Source of the DNA: Zygnema circumcarinatum SAG 698-1b
Lineage: Eukaryota > Plantae > Zygnematophyceae
Assembly (NCBI GenBank): GCA_037447605.1
Contig: CM074818.1
Coordinates: 1,872,617-1,936,616, forward strand
Direction: 5' to 3'
DNA length: 64,000 nt
In this document: piece after piece, positions 30,866 to 41,927 of the stretch
How positions within the stretch are numbered: position 1 is the stretch's first letter
Layout of the letters: every line of letters begins with the position of its first letter
Position numbers and translations under genes: made by a program
Notes under the pieces: model-generated
Told to the model about the DNA's origin: nothing
What the model saw: the letters and a program-made list of their open reading frames with translations, nothing else
Databases searched by the model: none

Positions 30866-31912
30866 TACTGAACCTGGTCCGTAATTGTCCGATCGTAAGT
30901 CAACGTCCAACATCCAGATCAATTAGTGGATCCAGTGGATCCAAAGTCTTGTACCAGATCCTGCGATATTTATCCCCGGATTCCCATAGACGTCGCACGC
31001 ACTAATCAGGGGAAAGATTGGCGCGAGCGTTGTCACGTGGACCAATCAGTGGAGAGACTGAATTGATGTTGCCACGTGGGCCAATTAGAATCAACGATTG
31101 CTCGTGCGTGAAAGGCACTGTAGCACGGACGCCGACCTCCCCCAAACCCTAAAGCTGTACTGTACACCTGTACGGTAAATGACCGTACACAATTGGGCTG
31201 TATAGCACAACAATATAAAACCTTCCTGCAATCCGGACCGTCGATTACTGTACGGACCAAATAATGTACGGACCATATCAGGTAGGCTAGTCCCTTTCCC
31301 ATCATTGGTGGTATCGTACGAAAGTAATGTGTACTGTACTATCTAATGAAAAACCGTACCGTTTATGTACGAATACATGTACAGTAAAGTACTATGACTT
31401 TCAAGTAACAGGAATATGTATGAATGGCGGTACGGTATTGTACTTTATCCTGCTAAGTAACAGGTGTCTCCTTGTCCCCTCCTGGTCTTGCAGGTACTGT
31501 ATATGCCTCCGTTTGGATGACAAGAGAGAGAGAGGGGATGGAGCAGCTGGAGGCAGAGGCAAACCCTAGTCCGGAGGACCAGCAGTAGTACTTCACTGAG
31601 GAAAAAAAATGTGCCGGAATCCTAAATTGTCGCAGGACACTATTCATGCTTCTCATTTGTAGATCATGATTCCGAATGGAAGATGAGCTGATGAGTTTTG
31701 TGCTCTTCTGAATGCTGCTGCTTATTTATCATCATTATACCGCTGACATGCATGTAGCCATTTCTTCATAAGCATTAGTTAGATCACTCCTGCTTTGTTC
31801 TTGGCCTGATCTTGGATCCTTCTCATCAGAGCCATCTCTCTACAGTCATTATCATTAGTCATCGTAGTCGTAGTTATTAGTCATTCTGATCATCATCGTT
31901 GGCATCATCATC

Positions 31913-34900
31913 ATGGCTTCCTTAAGATGCCACCCACGCATACATCTCTCTCTGCTCCTGCTGGCAATCCTCTTCAGGTGCATGGATGCATCTGAAGGGA
32001 AGCAGAAGGGAGCAGCAGCAGGAGGAGGGCCCCTAAAGGGAGGGGCTTCCTCGCCCCCTCCTTCAGCAAACGCAACTGATGCAGGTCTCTCTCCACCAAA
32101 TCCTCTCTCTCTCTCTCTCTCTCTCTCTTCCCCTAAAAATGAACCTTCTGAATCCGTCATGTTCCGCCGAAAGCTTCGTACTGAGAAAACGAAAAAGACG
32201 AAGCAGTCAAAGGCACCTTCAACGAGAAAGACTAACGTGCAGCTTGCGGTACCTTTGAATGCAGTGAAGGAAGGGGGAGGAGGAGGAGGTCCTGCAGGCA
32301 ATGGGACGGTGGAAAGCTCTGCGGGACCTCCTCCCGTAACGCTACAGAACTCGACATTGACTCCGCTAATGAATGAAACTATGAACGCTTCAAATACCAC
32401 TGTGAATGCAACGGCGGGACAGGGAGTGGGAGAGCCAGGGAAGAATGTGACTGCTCCGAAAGCTGCTCCGAAAGCTGCTCCGAAAGCATCGCCGAAAGCG
32501 TCTCCGAAAGCTGCTCCGAAAGCATCTCCGAAAGCATCTCCGAAAGCTGCTCCGAAAGTTGCTCCGAAAGCTGCTCCGAAAGCATCTCCGAAAGCTGCTC
32601 CGAAAGCTGCTCCGAAAGCTGCTCCGAAAGCTGCTTCTGCGTCTGCTGTGAATGTAACGAAGAATGTGACTTCATCAGTGGAGATACCAGGAAATTCATC
32701 AGTACTAGGTGCAGGAGTGAATGCATCGAGCAGCGATGGAGGAGGAGGAGAGATTGGAGCGGAGACAGAGAACGCTAATGTCACTTTCGAGGGGAGTAAC
32801 TCAACCGTTGTAGGGGAAAATGCGTTTTCTGGAAATGCAACAACAAGCAATACGACCTTGGAGGGGGTTGGAGTGAACGGATCTTCCCTCTTATTGAGCG
32901 CGAACGTTTCCTCGCCTTCAGAAAGTGGGGCGGAGGCTTCGACTAGTGCAGGAGGGAAGGGAGGGAGTGCTTCAAAAGGTGGAGCAGGAAGCAAAGAAGG
33001 GAGTGCCCCTAGCAATGCAGGAAAAGGAGGAAACGGAAAAACACCGGCTGGAGCAGAAGCAAAGGGGGAGGAACTTGCAGGAGTGAATCTCTCAACACTT
33101 GGAAGGGAGGAAGGTGGTAAGAGAACATTGGCAAGTGCAGGAGGGAGTGATCTCCCAACCCCAGAGATAAATGGGTCTGCCAGTCTGGAATTAGAAAATT
33201 TGGAACCCGAAAAGGGGGTGGATCCCACGCTTGAATCGCAGCCTGCAACGAATTTGCCAATAGCGGTAGAGGAGAATGAGGGAGTGGATGTATCCCCTGG
33301 GAATTCAAAGTCGGGCTTGGAAGGTGCGGGGGTGAAAGTGTCTGAAGAGGACCAAGTGGGAACTACATCGACAGTCACAGACGAGAGTATTCCAGGAGTA
33401 GGAGAAAATGAGAAGGAGAAGGGAGTTGGAGAAGAAGAATCGACCTCTTTGGCAGGGACTGGTTCGACGACAGGAGTGGATAGCGAGGAGATTGGAGCTG
33501 GTGGGGTGGGAGAGGGAAGTGAAGGAGTTGTGCAGAACGAGATATCTGAAGGGGATGATACAAAAGTAACTGCATCCACTAGCACAGAAGGCAGCCGTCC
33601 TGAAGTCGGTTTGGGGGAGGGTGAGGGTGGTGGAAGTGCAGTAAACAAGGAAGAAGAGGGAGGTTCAGAAGCGTTGGAAGGAAAGAAATCGGAAGGTAGT
33701 GCTCTAGAGGAAGGAGTGAGTAGTGAGGGCGCATCAAACCAGGAAGTCGAGGTTGGAGGTTCGCAAGCGTTGGAAGAGAAGAAATCGGAGGGTATGGAAG
33801 CAGCAGACCCTACACCTGTGAAAAAGAAAAAGAAGTCTTCAGGGTTCATGAGTTGGTTTGGATTGGGAAAGAAGGAAGAGCCGGAGGAGAGAGAGGAGAG
33901 CGATCCAGTTAACTCTGAGGAGAAGAAGGAGGGAGCGGAGAATATAGAGAGCGGAACGAGTCAAGATTCGGAAGCAGCCTCAGGTCAGCAATTAAGCCAG
34001 CCGTTGGGAGAGACAGGTGAAGCTGCTGAGGAAGGAGGGATTGCTTCAAATGAAGGAGAAGGAGGCGATTCTGGGGTAAAGGAGGAGCCAAAGGAAGAGC
34101 TGAAGGAGCCATCCGAGGAGGGAGACGCAAAGGAGACTGCTGGGAATGGAGAGGAAGAAACTCCTGCGCGGCCTTCCGAAGATGCCTTTGGGAACGGTTT
34201 TCAATTTCAACAAAAAGCCGACGACAGTATGGAAACGGCGGCGAAGCCTCAAAAGAGAGGAGGATATACGACAGAGGAAGAGGAAAGGGAGACAGCGAGG
34301 GAGGGAGAGAGGGGGGTCTCGAGGAGGACGAGGAAAACAAGGAGGGAGGACGTTGGAGGTGATGACAGACGGGAGGACGAAGCTTTTGGTGACAATGGGA
34401 GGCGGGCAGGGTTCAATGCATGGGAAGGGAAGGAGAGAGGAACTGAAAGCCGGGCAGTGGGAGAAAGGACTAGAACTAATGCATGGAAAAGGGGCAATGC
34501 AGACGATGGTGGCTATGGAGGAGAGAAGTTTGACAGATTTGAGAATGGAAGAAGTGCATTTGACAGCAGGGAGAGGGAGGAAGGTTGGGGAGGAAGCCAG
34601 ACAACTGTGAAGAGGAGGCCTTATACAGAGGGAAGGAGTGGAAGTGGTGCGCGAGGTTATAATTCACGTAGGGGTGGGAATGGAGAGGACTATGACGACG
34701 ATGGTTTCGCAGGCGGACGCACTAAAAGGTCCCAACAATGGGTGAGAGAGACTGAGGGGAGGAATGGGATTGGAGGGGAGGAAGAAGAAGAGGAGAGGTT
34801 CAGGGGTTCAAATACGAGAAAGGAAAGGACCTGGGGAACCGGAGCAGGTGTGAACGGGGAGGAGGATGGCGATGGAGGATATGAACAGCCACGGAAAAAA

Positions 34901-37900
34901 GGGAGCTTCGGGACATATGGTTTAGGAAAGTGGGGAAGGACCCGGAGGAGACAGAGTACTAGGAATGATGGGAGCGGCTGGAAGGATGCGGGAGGGTGGG
35001 AGGGAAGAGAGAGCAGTGAAAGGGGAGGAGAAGGAATGTATACACGCAGTAGAACACGGAACGGTGGAAATGATGAGTTTGTGGGAGGTGGGCGGGTGAG
35101 GGAGAGGGAGGGAGAGGAGGCGGAAGTGATGCCGAGAACGAGGGGCTATGGAGGAGGTTGGAGTAAGAAAGGAGGTGCAGCCGGGTTGGAGAGGACAGAG
35201 ACGAAGAGGAATTGGAAGGAGGAAGATGGGTTGGAGGCAGAAGATGAGGGAGAGAGGGAGAGGGAGACTAGGAGAGCAGGTGTGGACAGGGAGGAGGAAA
35301 AGGAGTCGGTGCCGTACAAGAGGAGTAGGAAGGAGGGATGGGGAAGCAGTCTTAATGGAGGTGATAGGGAAGAGAGAGGAGGGGTTAATGGAGGGAAGCA
35401 GTGGGGGGCGAAGGAGGGGAGGTATGGAGGGGGTGTGAGAGGAGCTGGAGCACGAACAGAGAGCGAATGGACAGAAGGTGACAGGAGCGAGGAGGCGGGA
35501 GAAGAGCCTAGACATGGGCCATATCGAAAGAGGAGAGATCAGGATGCTCAGAACGATAAGGGAAATAGCGATGAGGAGGATGATTTTGGTACTAGCAAGC
35601 GGAAAAGGAGTAGTTCTGAAGAGTTTGGTACGAGAAAGTCACAGGGAATGGGGAGAGGAGCAGAAATAGGAGGAGGTGAAGTAGGAGGAGGAGAGGAAGG
35701 AGGACGAGGGTCTGCTGTAGGAACTGAGTGGACCAGAGTCAAGGAAGAGAGTGAGTCGAAGTTTGATCGTGGGAGTGAGAAAGTGGGGGAGGGGGGGGAG
35801 GTAACGAGTGAAGGAAACGATACGGAGGGAGCGGGAACTGCCAAATGGGGGTCTGGGAAGGATCAGAATGCTATGGGAGGAGATGAATGGGGCAGAGCGA
35901 AAAAAGATAGCGATTCGAAATTTGATGGTGAGACTGGATTGGCGAGTGAGAGAGGTAAGCTGGAAGGAAGTGTAGCCAGTGAAGAAGGAGATAGAGATCT
36001 TGGGGGAACTGCAAAGTGGGGCTATGGGAAGAAGGTCGATAAGCAGGAAGATGAAAATTTTGGCGGTCCGGGGAAGGCTGAGAGTATTAGTGGAACAAGT
36101 GATAAGTGGGGAGGTATGTTGAAAAACAGGGATAGTAATGAAGGAGATGAGGGAGAATCGGACCCAGTAGTAAACGAATTGGAAAAAAGTTCTCGCGAAA
36201 AGCCAGATGTTACTGAAGATGATAGTACTGAAATGGGGAGTACGTTTGGAGGAAAACCCAAATTCTCAGGAGGGTTTGACATGTCTGGAAGCTTGAGGGG
36301 TAGAAAGACGGATAATGCGGAAGAGGGTTTCTCAGCGATAGGTCTGGAGAACGGAGAGGGAGGAGGTGGGAGTGCTGAAACTTCCTTTAAGAGAGGTGAG
36401 TTCAGCAAGGAAGGAGTGACAGAAGATGCAAGTTCAGATGGAGTGAGAGAAAGGGAAGGGGTTCGAGGAGGCTCCGGGAGTGAGGGAGAGGAGGAGGGAG
36501 AGAGGAGTCCTGGATTCAGCAAGAGAGGGCAGACAGGGGATGGGGAGTCGGATGGGGATAAAGAGAACGAAGGTGAGGGAGATTCAGAGTTTGGGGGCAC
36601 CAAAAATTTTCCATCTAAACGGGGAGGTGAGGGGGGAGGCCAAGGCTCTTGGAGTAGAGGAGAGAATTCAGACATGGGTAACACAAATGCAACGGATGAA
36701 GAGAGAGGGGATGACGAGACTGGAGTTAATGGAGAGTCAGAGGAAGTAGGAGTGAAGAAAGAGAGCGGGTTTGGAACTGGGACGGAGTTTGGAACAATGA
36801 CTGGATCTGAGAACGGAACTGAGACACGGAAAAGGAACAGCTGGGAGAGTCAAAGTGATGAGAATGAGGATGATGGGATGGAGGGAAATCCGAGTCTGAA
36901 TAAGACGGAGGAGGGCCATTCCAAATCTATGGATGATCTCATTTTAGAAGAAATTCCCAGTAACCTTTTTACGGAGCTCGCTATTGTGGGGAGGAGATTT
37001 GTGGCTACTCTGTTGTTTGCGGGTGTGAAGGTACAGTTCCTCATCCTAACCGGAGAAAAACTTGATTTCACTTTAGCTTCGGTGTCGATTGCCGTTTTTT
37101 GAGAGAGAAAGAGACAGAGGGGGGGAGAGAGAACGAGAGAGAGAAAGCCAGAGAGAGAGAGAGAGAGAGTGCGAGACAGAGAGAGGGAGAGAGAGATGGG
37201 GGCCATTCGCTACGATTTTGTCCATACTCTTGACTTCACTTCTTGCCCATCGAATCGCTCAACCGTTGACTCGTTCCCGTTTAACTGTTGAACTGTAACA
37301 GAACAACATAAAGACGCACTGGCACCCCCAACTGGAAGAAATGGCAGCTTCCGGCCACAAAACAGTGGAGTCAACTACCGCCTCTTTGAAGACTCTCTTT
37401 GTCCCCTACCTCGGCCTCAGCTACTCCCCTCTCTTTGCCACCATGGTTTCCTACACTCTCTTTCTGGGAAGCCTAGTCTTAGCCATAGCTGCATCCATGA
37501 AGATGCATCCCTCTCTCTCAGTCCGTTCTGGGCTCCTTTTCTGCCATCTCTTCATGGCCATATACTCCCTCTCTCTCTTTGTCACATGCATCATCATCAA
37601 TGGGGAGCCAATGGCAGCTCTGCATCAGGTGGCGGAAGTGAACTTTCTCGTGCTGCAGGAGGTGCAGGCGACTTTCTTTGTGGGATACTTCTTGATGAAG
37701 GTGAGCAGGAGAGAGTCAGAGAGTGAGAGAGGGAGGGGAAAGAGAGAGAGAGAGGCCTCCCATGTGGCGTAATTGAGTTGAATTTGGTTGGTTCGGTTTG
37801 GTTTGGTTTGACTTTAGTTCAGCTTGGTTTCGTTTAGTTTGGATTCAGTTTTTGGCAGTATTGGTTCTTCTTCACTTATCCTTGAACCCTGAGAACCCCA

Positions 37901-38270
37901 AAAATCTCGACTGCCCAAAATCCTAGTGGTTTGTACAGCCCTAGACCCAACCCTAAACCCTGGCGCCCTTGTACGGGCCTCCTCCTTTCCTCGTGGTTTG
38001 CAGCTTCTCCCGGTGGTGGTATCCGCCCGAAACGAGGCCTTGGAGCCCTTTCCTCGTTGGTTTCCCTCCGTGGAGTTGGCAGCCATTTCGGGGGTCGGCC
38101 TGCACTACTACCTTTTTGTCTTTAGCAGAGCGATGCTAAATTCGAGGCCTATGATTGGCTGGTTCTCTTACATGATGTACACACTCGTGTTTGGAACCAT
38201 CTACTTTACATCGCGGATGTTGAGGGATGAGAAGTGGGAGGGAGGGGAGACGGGGGGAAAGGACTTGTGA
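31913..38270 (+). CDS. ~1900-aa secretory-pathway membrane protein: signal peptide, giant low-complexity ectodomain, C-terminal multi-pass TM domain of an uncharacterised plant family; exons 31913-36959, 37302-37700, 38004-38270
   Basis: 1729-codon open frame starting with a hydrophobic signal (IHLSLLLLAILFRCMDASEG). Phase-compatible GT-AG splicing gives LEEIP|KQHKDALAPQLEEM...FVPYLGLSYSPLFATMVSY...GEPM...GVGLHYYLFVFSRAML, which resembles a conserved land-plant TM protein family (KPYFGNKYAP...GLHYYVAVFHR, from memory). Confidence 0.8.
32450..32629 (+). repeat. Coding 12-bp tandem repeat, 15 x (A/T/V)(A/S)PK
   Basis: GCTGCTCCGAAA / GCATCTCCGAAA units in frame. Confidence 0.95.
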
Positions 38271-39155
38271 TGGGAGTAGGAGGGAGGGAGGGAGGGAGGG
38301 AGGAGAGTTAGGGAGAGTTAGGGAGTAGGGATTAGAGTTTGGAGATTAGAGGCGTTGGGGTGTTGAGGGTTTAGGGTTCAAGATCCTGTTTGGGAGTTTG
38401 AAGGGTGAAGGGGATGGAGAAGGTTATAAGGTGCGATGAGAATTGGAGGGAGACTTGGAAGTTCTGTATGTCAGTTACATGAAGCTTTTGTCTTCACAAG
38501 GGATGGGTGAAAAAGCTGAGTTTTGAAACTGTTTCTCCATAAGTTTATTACTTTTGCAGTTCATTTAAAGCATGGCGAGTGAGAACTTTGTCATCGCACT
38601 CGTTTCTCGTTTTTCAAGCCCTTCATCTTCAGAGAGCAAATGTCTGGAAAGCATTAAGGACCAGTTCAGAGCAAGGTTCGTTATGGCTTCAATGCCTGAA
38701 ACACCATGACTGAAAAGAAACTGAAATTCTTGATTGCGCCAAGGAAGCATTTCCCCCATTGACCCATGACCATTTTCCCAAACCATGCAGAGATGTAGGA
38801 CATCTACAAATGCCTCTTTTCATCACGCCGCTTGTTCCAAAAAACAGAAGGCAACTAAAGTACAGCAAAAGGATTGTCAATCTTCACTCACGCTCAGTCA
38901 CCTAAGCACCATCCATTACACAGCAGTTAATCCATTGGTAGGACCCAACTTAACACTGTATCTCCTTACCCTCTTTAGGACCAAAAAAAACCTGGGATTT
39001 ATGACGTCTCTCCTATCGATCACAGCATCCTTTGCGCATATCATAGAGCGCAGCTGCTAAGGAGATTGAAAGAGATTTGCTTTCAGGACCTCATCCCGGT
39101 GAGTAGGAAAACTCAACATTTCTGCCTCGGAAATGTTGTCCCTTTTTTGTGCACT

Positions 39156-39276
39156 GGGAAGCTATGCACACACCTTTTTGGCTAGGGGCACATATTTTTT
39201 TACGGTCAGACTTCAGGGTTTCAATCGTACCAAAAAGGTGTGTATCTAGCAAAAAGAAGTGTGAATAATAGATTCC
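39156..39276. mobile_element. Small MITE (~120 bp), same family as 63588-63733 (opposite orientation)
   Basis: Ends GGGAAGCTATGCACACACCTTTTTGGCTAG and CTAGCAAAAAGAAGTGTGAATAATAGATTCC. The reverse complement of the interior aligns with 63660-63733. No clean TSD. Confidence 0.6.
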
Positions 39277-39442
39277 TTTCTGGAAACCTCCAGAGCTCGG
39301 TCACCTCCTATTGGTTGCTTCGTCCTTCACACGCCCGAAACGCATTTTTTGTGGTATGTCGCGCGCTGATTGGCCGGGCATACTCCGCACGTGCGGGCAC
39401 GTGCGCGTCAGCCAATCGCGGCGCATGCATGCGCACCGGCGG

Positions 39443-39882
39443 TAGGGTTGGGGGCACGGTCCCCCTCCGACCCGTGCCCAGGGGCACGTGCCCCCCCCCC
39501 CTTGGGGGGGGGGCATGCCCCTTTTTCGTGCCCCGTGACGTGACTGCATTGAGCAATTCAAATCGGCCCCAAAAAGAATATAATATTTTAAAAACGGTAC
39601 GGATGAAGGTACGGAAAGTACAGATGAATGTACTAAACGTACGGATCAAGGTACAAATGTACGAAAAATATGAAAAGTACGGACAGTACTCAACACAACA
39701 ATCGTCACCGGCCCGGGCCCGGTCGTACGAGGTAAGCGTCACGTGACAGGGGGCACGGGGGGGCACGAAATATATGGGGAAAATTTTTGGAGGCGTGCCC
39801 CGGGCACGGACGGTCAAAAATGGGGGGCATGCCCCCCCCCCGGGCATGCCCGTGCCCCCGTGCCCCCAACCGGCCAACCCTA
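39443..39882. mobile_element. hAT-type MITE, short copy (440 bp)
   Basis: Ends TAGGGTTG...CAACCCTA with subterminal GGGGCACGG/CCGTGCCCC repeats; exact 8-bp TSD ACCGGCGG at 39435-39442 and 39883-39890. Confidence 0.9.
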
Positions 39883-40196
39883 ACCGGCGGGCGGTGTGAA
39901 TTCATTCATGCAGGGACTGAAGGGAGGAGGGAAGGGTCAGAGTTGGGATTTCTTTGGGCTAAATTTTTTTAGAAAGCTGCTGAGACTCGCGGAGGGCGTC
40001 TCTGAAGGAAGGATTTGAGGAAGGGCAGGAGATCAGTTAGTCGGAAATTCGGGACAGAAAAGTAATTTGAAAGGGTGGAGAGAGGGGTGTGAGAGAGAGA
40101 GAGAGAGGAGAAAGAGGAGGGAAATACGACGAATTTTTTTCCGCGGAGAAGGATTTGCTTATTTCTCGACGTAAGTGTCTTGAACCCACGCCTCTC

Positions 40197-40256
<60 letters not shown>

Positions 40257-40832
40257 TTTCTCTCTCTCTCTCTCTCTCACTGACACGTGGCCTTCCTCTT
40301 CGCATTTGCAGCAGCTTTTTGCATCTCCCTTTTGTAACCTTTTTTTCCTCTTTCATTTACCGCTGGTCAGTCCTTCCTGCTCTCATTTCTTGTAATTCAT
40401 ATTGTGAAAAATTTCAGCATAGACGCTAGTGTTAAAGGCACTGCTCGGAAGTAGGGCTGACGTCCCAATGTCAGCATTTTTCCTTCCCGTAGATGCTTGC
40501 ATACTTCCTTTTGTATTCTATAACAAAAATTGAAATAAAGTACTTACTTAAGTAATTACTATTTCTTTCTCCTAGTGCAGCTTGCAGCTTTCCCCCCTAA
40601 ATGGCTTCCCTTCGCCCTTGCTCGGCTGCCATGGCCTTTCCTGGGTCGCCATGGGCCCAATATCGCAATTCGGGGCAATATCACGATGTGCGCGTTCTCG
40701 TCGACGGCCAAACCTTTCTGCTTCATCGCATGGTCTTAGCCTCACGGATAAAAAAGTTAGGTCCTTCTTTGGAGGCAGCCATGCCTGTGGAGTTGAAGCT
40801 CGACCACCTTCCGGGCGGGGCAGAGGCGTTCC

Positions 40833-41644
40833 TGTTGAAACGGTGCCCCCTGACCTGCTGGAGGATGCCTCTGATGAGGACATCTCTCCACGCCTAGGAC
40901 TAGGAGACGCCACCTTTGCGGAAGCACAAGATCTCACTCACAAAGCTTAAAACAGCCCCAAGCAAAGAATGAAAGACAGAACAGAAAGAAATGAATTAAG
41001 AGAAAGCACAACGGCCTAAAACTCTTAAATTCAGATTGAAGTACAAGCGTGCAGCAAGAGCCCCTCCCCTGCACCTCTACTCCACTACAAGACTACCACC
41101 CTCAAGCTGTGAGGCTCCACCACATTCCGGCAAGCTACACCTACTGCTTCTCGCAGTCTACACTCAGGGTTAAGTCTCAAAGTTCTCCCTCTTAACTTAT
41201 ACTTCGCCCAAAGCAACAACCATGGGCGACTACTAACCCCGCACTAGCACACACTAAGAGCGCACTAGCACACACTCAGCGCTGATTTCGCCACGCGTCT
41301 GCGCCTGCACGTCTGTCACGTCACGCGCCTTCTTTTCGCGCCTGTCACGTCACACGCCTTTAGTTGCGCGCCGCGCCACGTCACGCGCCCTTAGTTGCGC
41401 GCCGCGCCACGTCACATCACTCCGCGCCATTTCGAACTCCGTCGCCACAGCCGGCCGTTCACATTCGGTACGGACTCTTGTTCCGACGGCCTCTCGTTAC
41501 TCGCGCCTCCGGTGTCTTTATGCACACCTCTGAACTCCTAGCTTGACACTAGTTCGACCCTAGCTCTACCGCCTAGCCCTTCTAGACTCCCAAACAAACA
41601 CATGCACTCACTAACTATGTACCACTAACTAATGTACACTAACA
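40833..41644 (-). repeat. 3' LTR of the copia element
   Basis: TGTTGAAACGG...GTACACTAACA on +; same sequence as 45906-46717. Confidence 0.97.
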
Positions 41645-41655
41645 CTCCCCCTCTT
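41645..41655 (-). promoter_or_regulatory. Polypurine tract
   Basis: AAGAGGGGGAG on the minus strand immediately before the 3' LTR. Confidence 0.9.
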
Positions 41656-41927
41656 GGTACTTAGTTCCTTTGAGGCCCCAATCCTAAGAGCATGCTGTTT
41701 TTCCACAACGTCTCTCCATTGACCCCTTTTGTGAGCATGTCTGTTTGGTCTTTTCGTGCCAACGCAGCTCTGGCGATTCTTCCTTGACTCCTACAAGCTC
41801 ACGCCTGAAGTAATCTTGAATTCTTATGTGCTTTGACCTCTTGTGAAAAACTGGATTTTGCATCAAAGTCATTGAGGGCCCAGTTATCTGTAAGCGGTGC
41901 AAGGGAGTTTGGGGCCTCTCACACTCT

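Noticed and set aside
31855-33849. 664-aa ORF on the minus strand
   Set aside because: It is the antisense shadow of the low-complexity exon of the membrane-protein gene; codon bias removes antisense stops and there are no domain motifs.
38565-39100. Short ORFs and splice-like signals between the membrane-protein gene and the MITEs
   Set aside because: I could not join them into a coherent reading frame or recognise any motif.
41364-41546. Identical 60-aa ORFs at 41364-41546 and 46437-46619
   Set aside because: They are the same LTR sequence seen twice, start at a non-ATG codon and show no coding signal.
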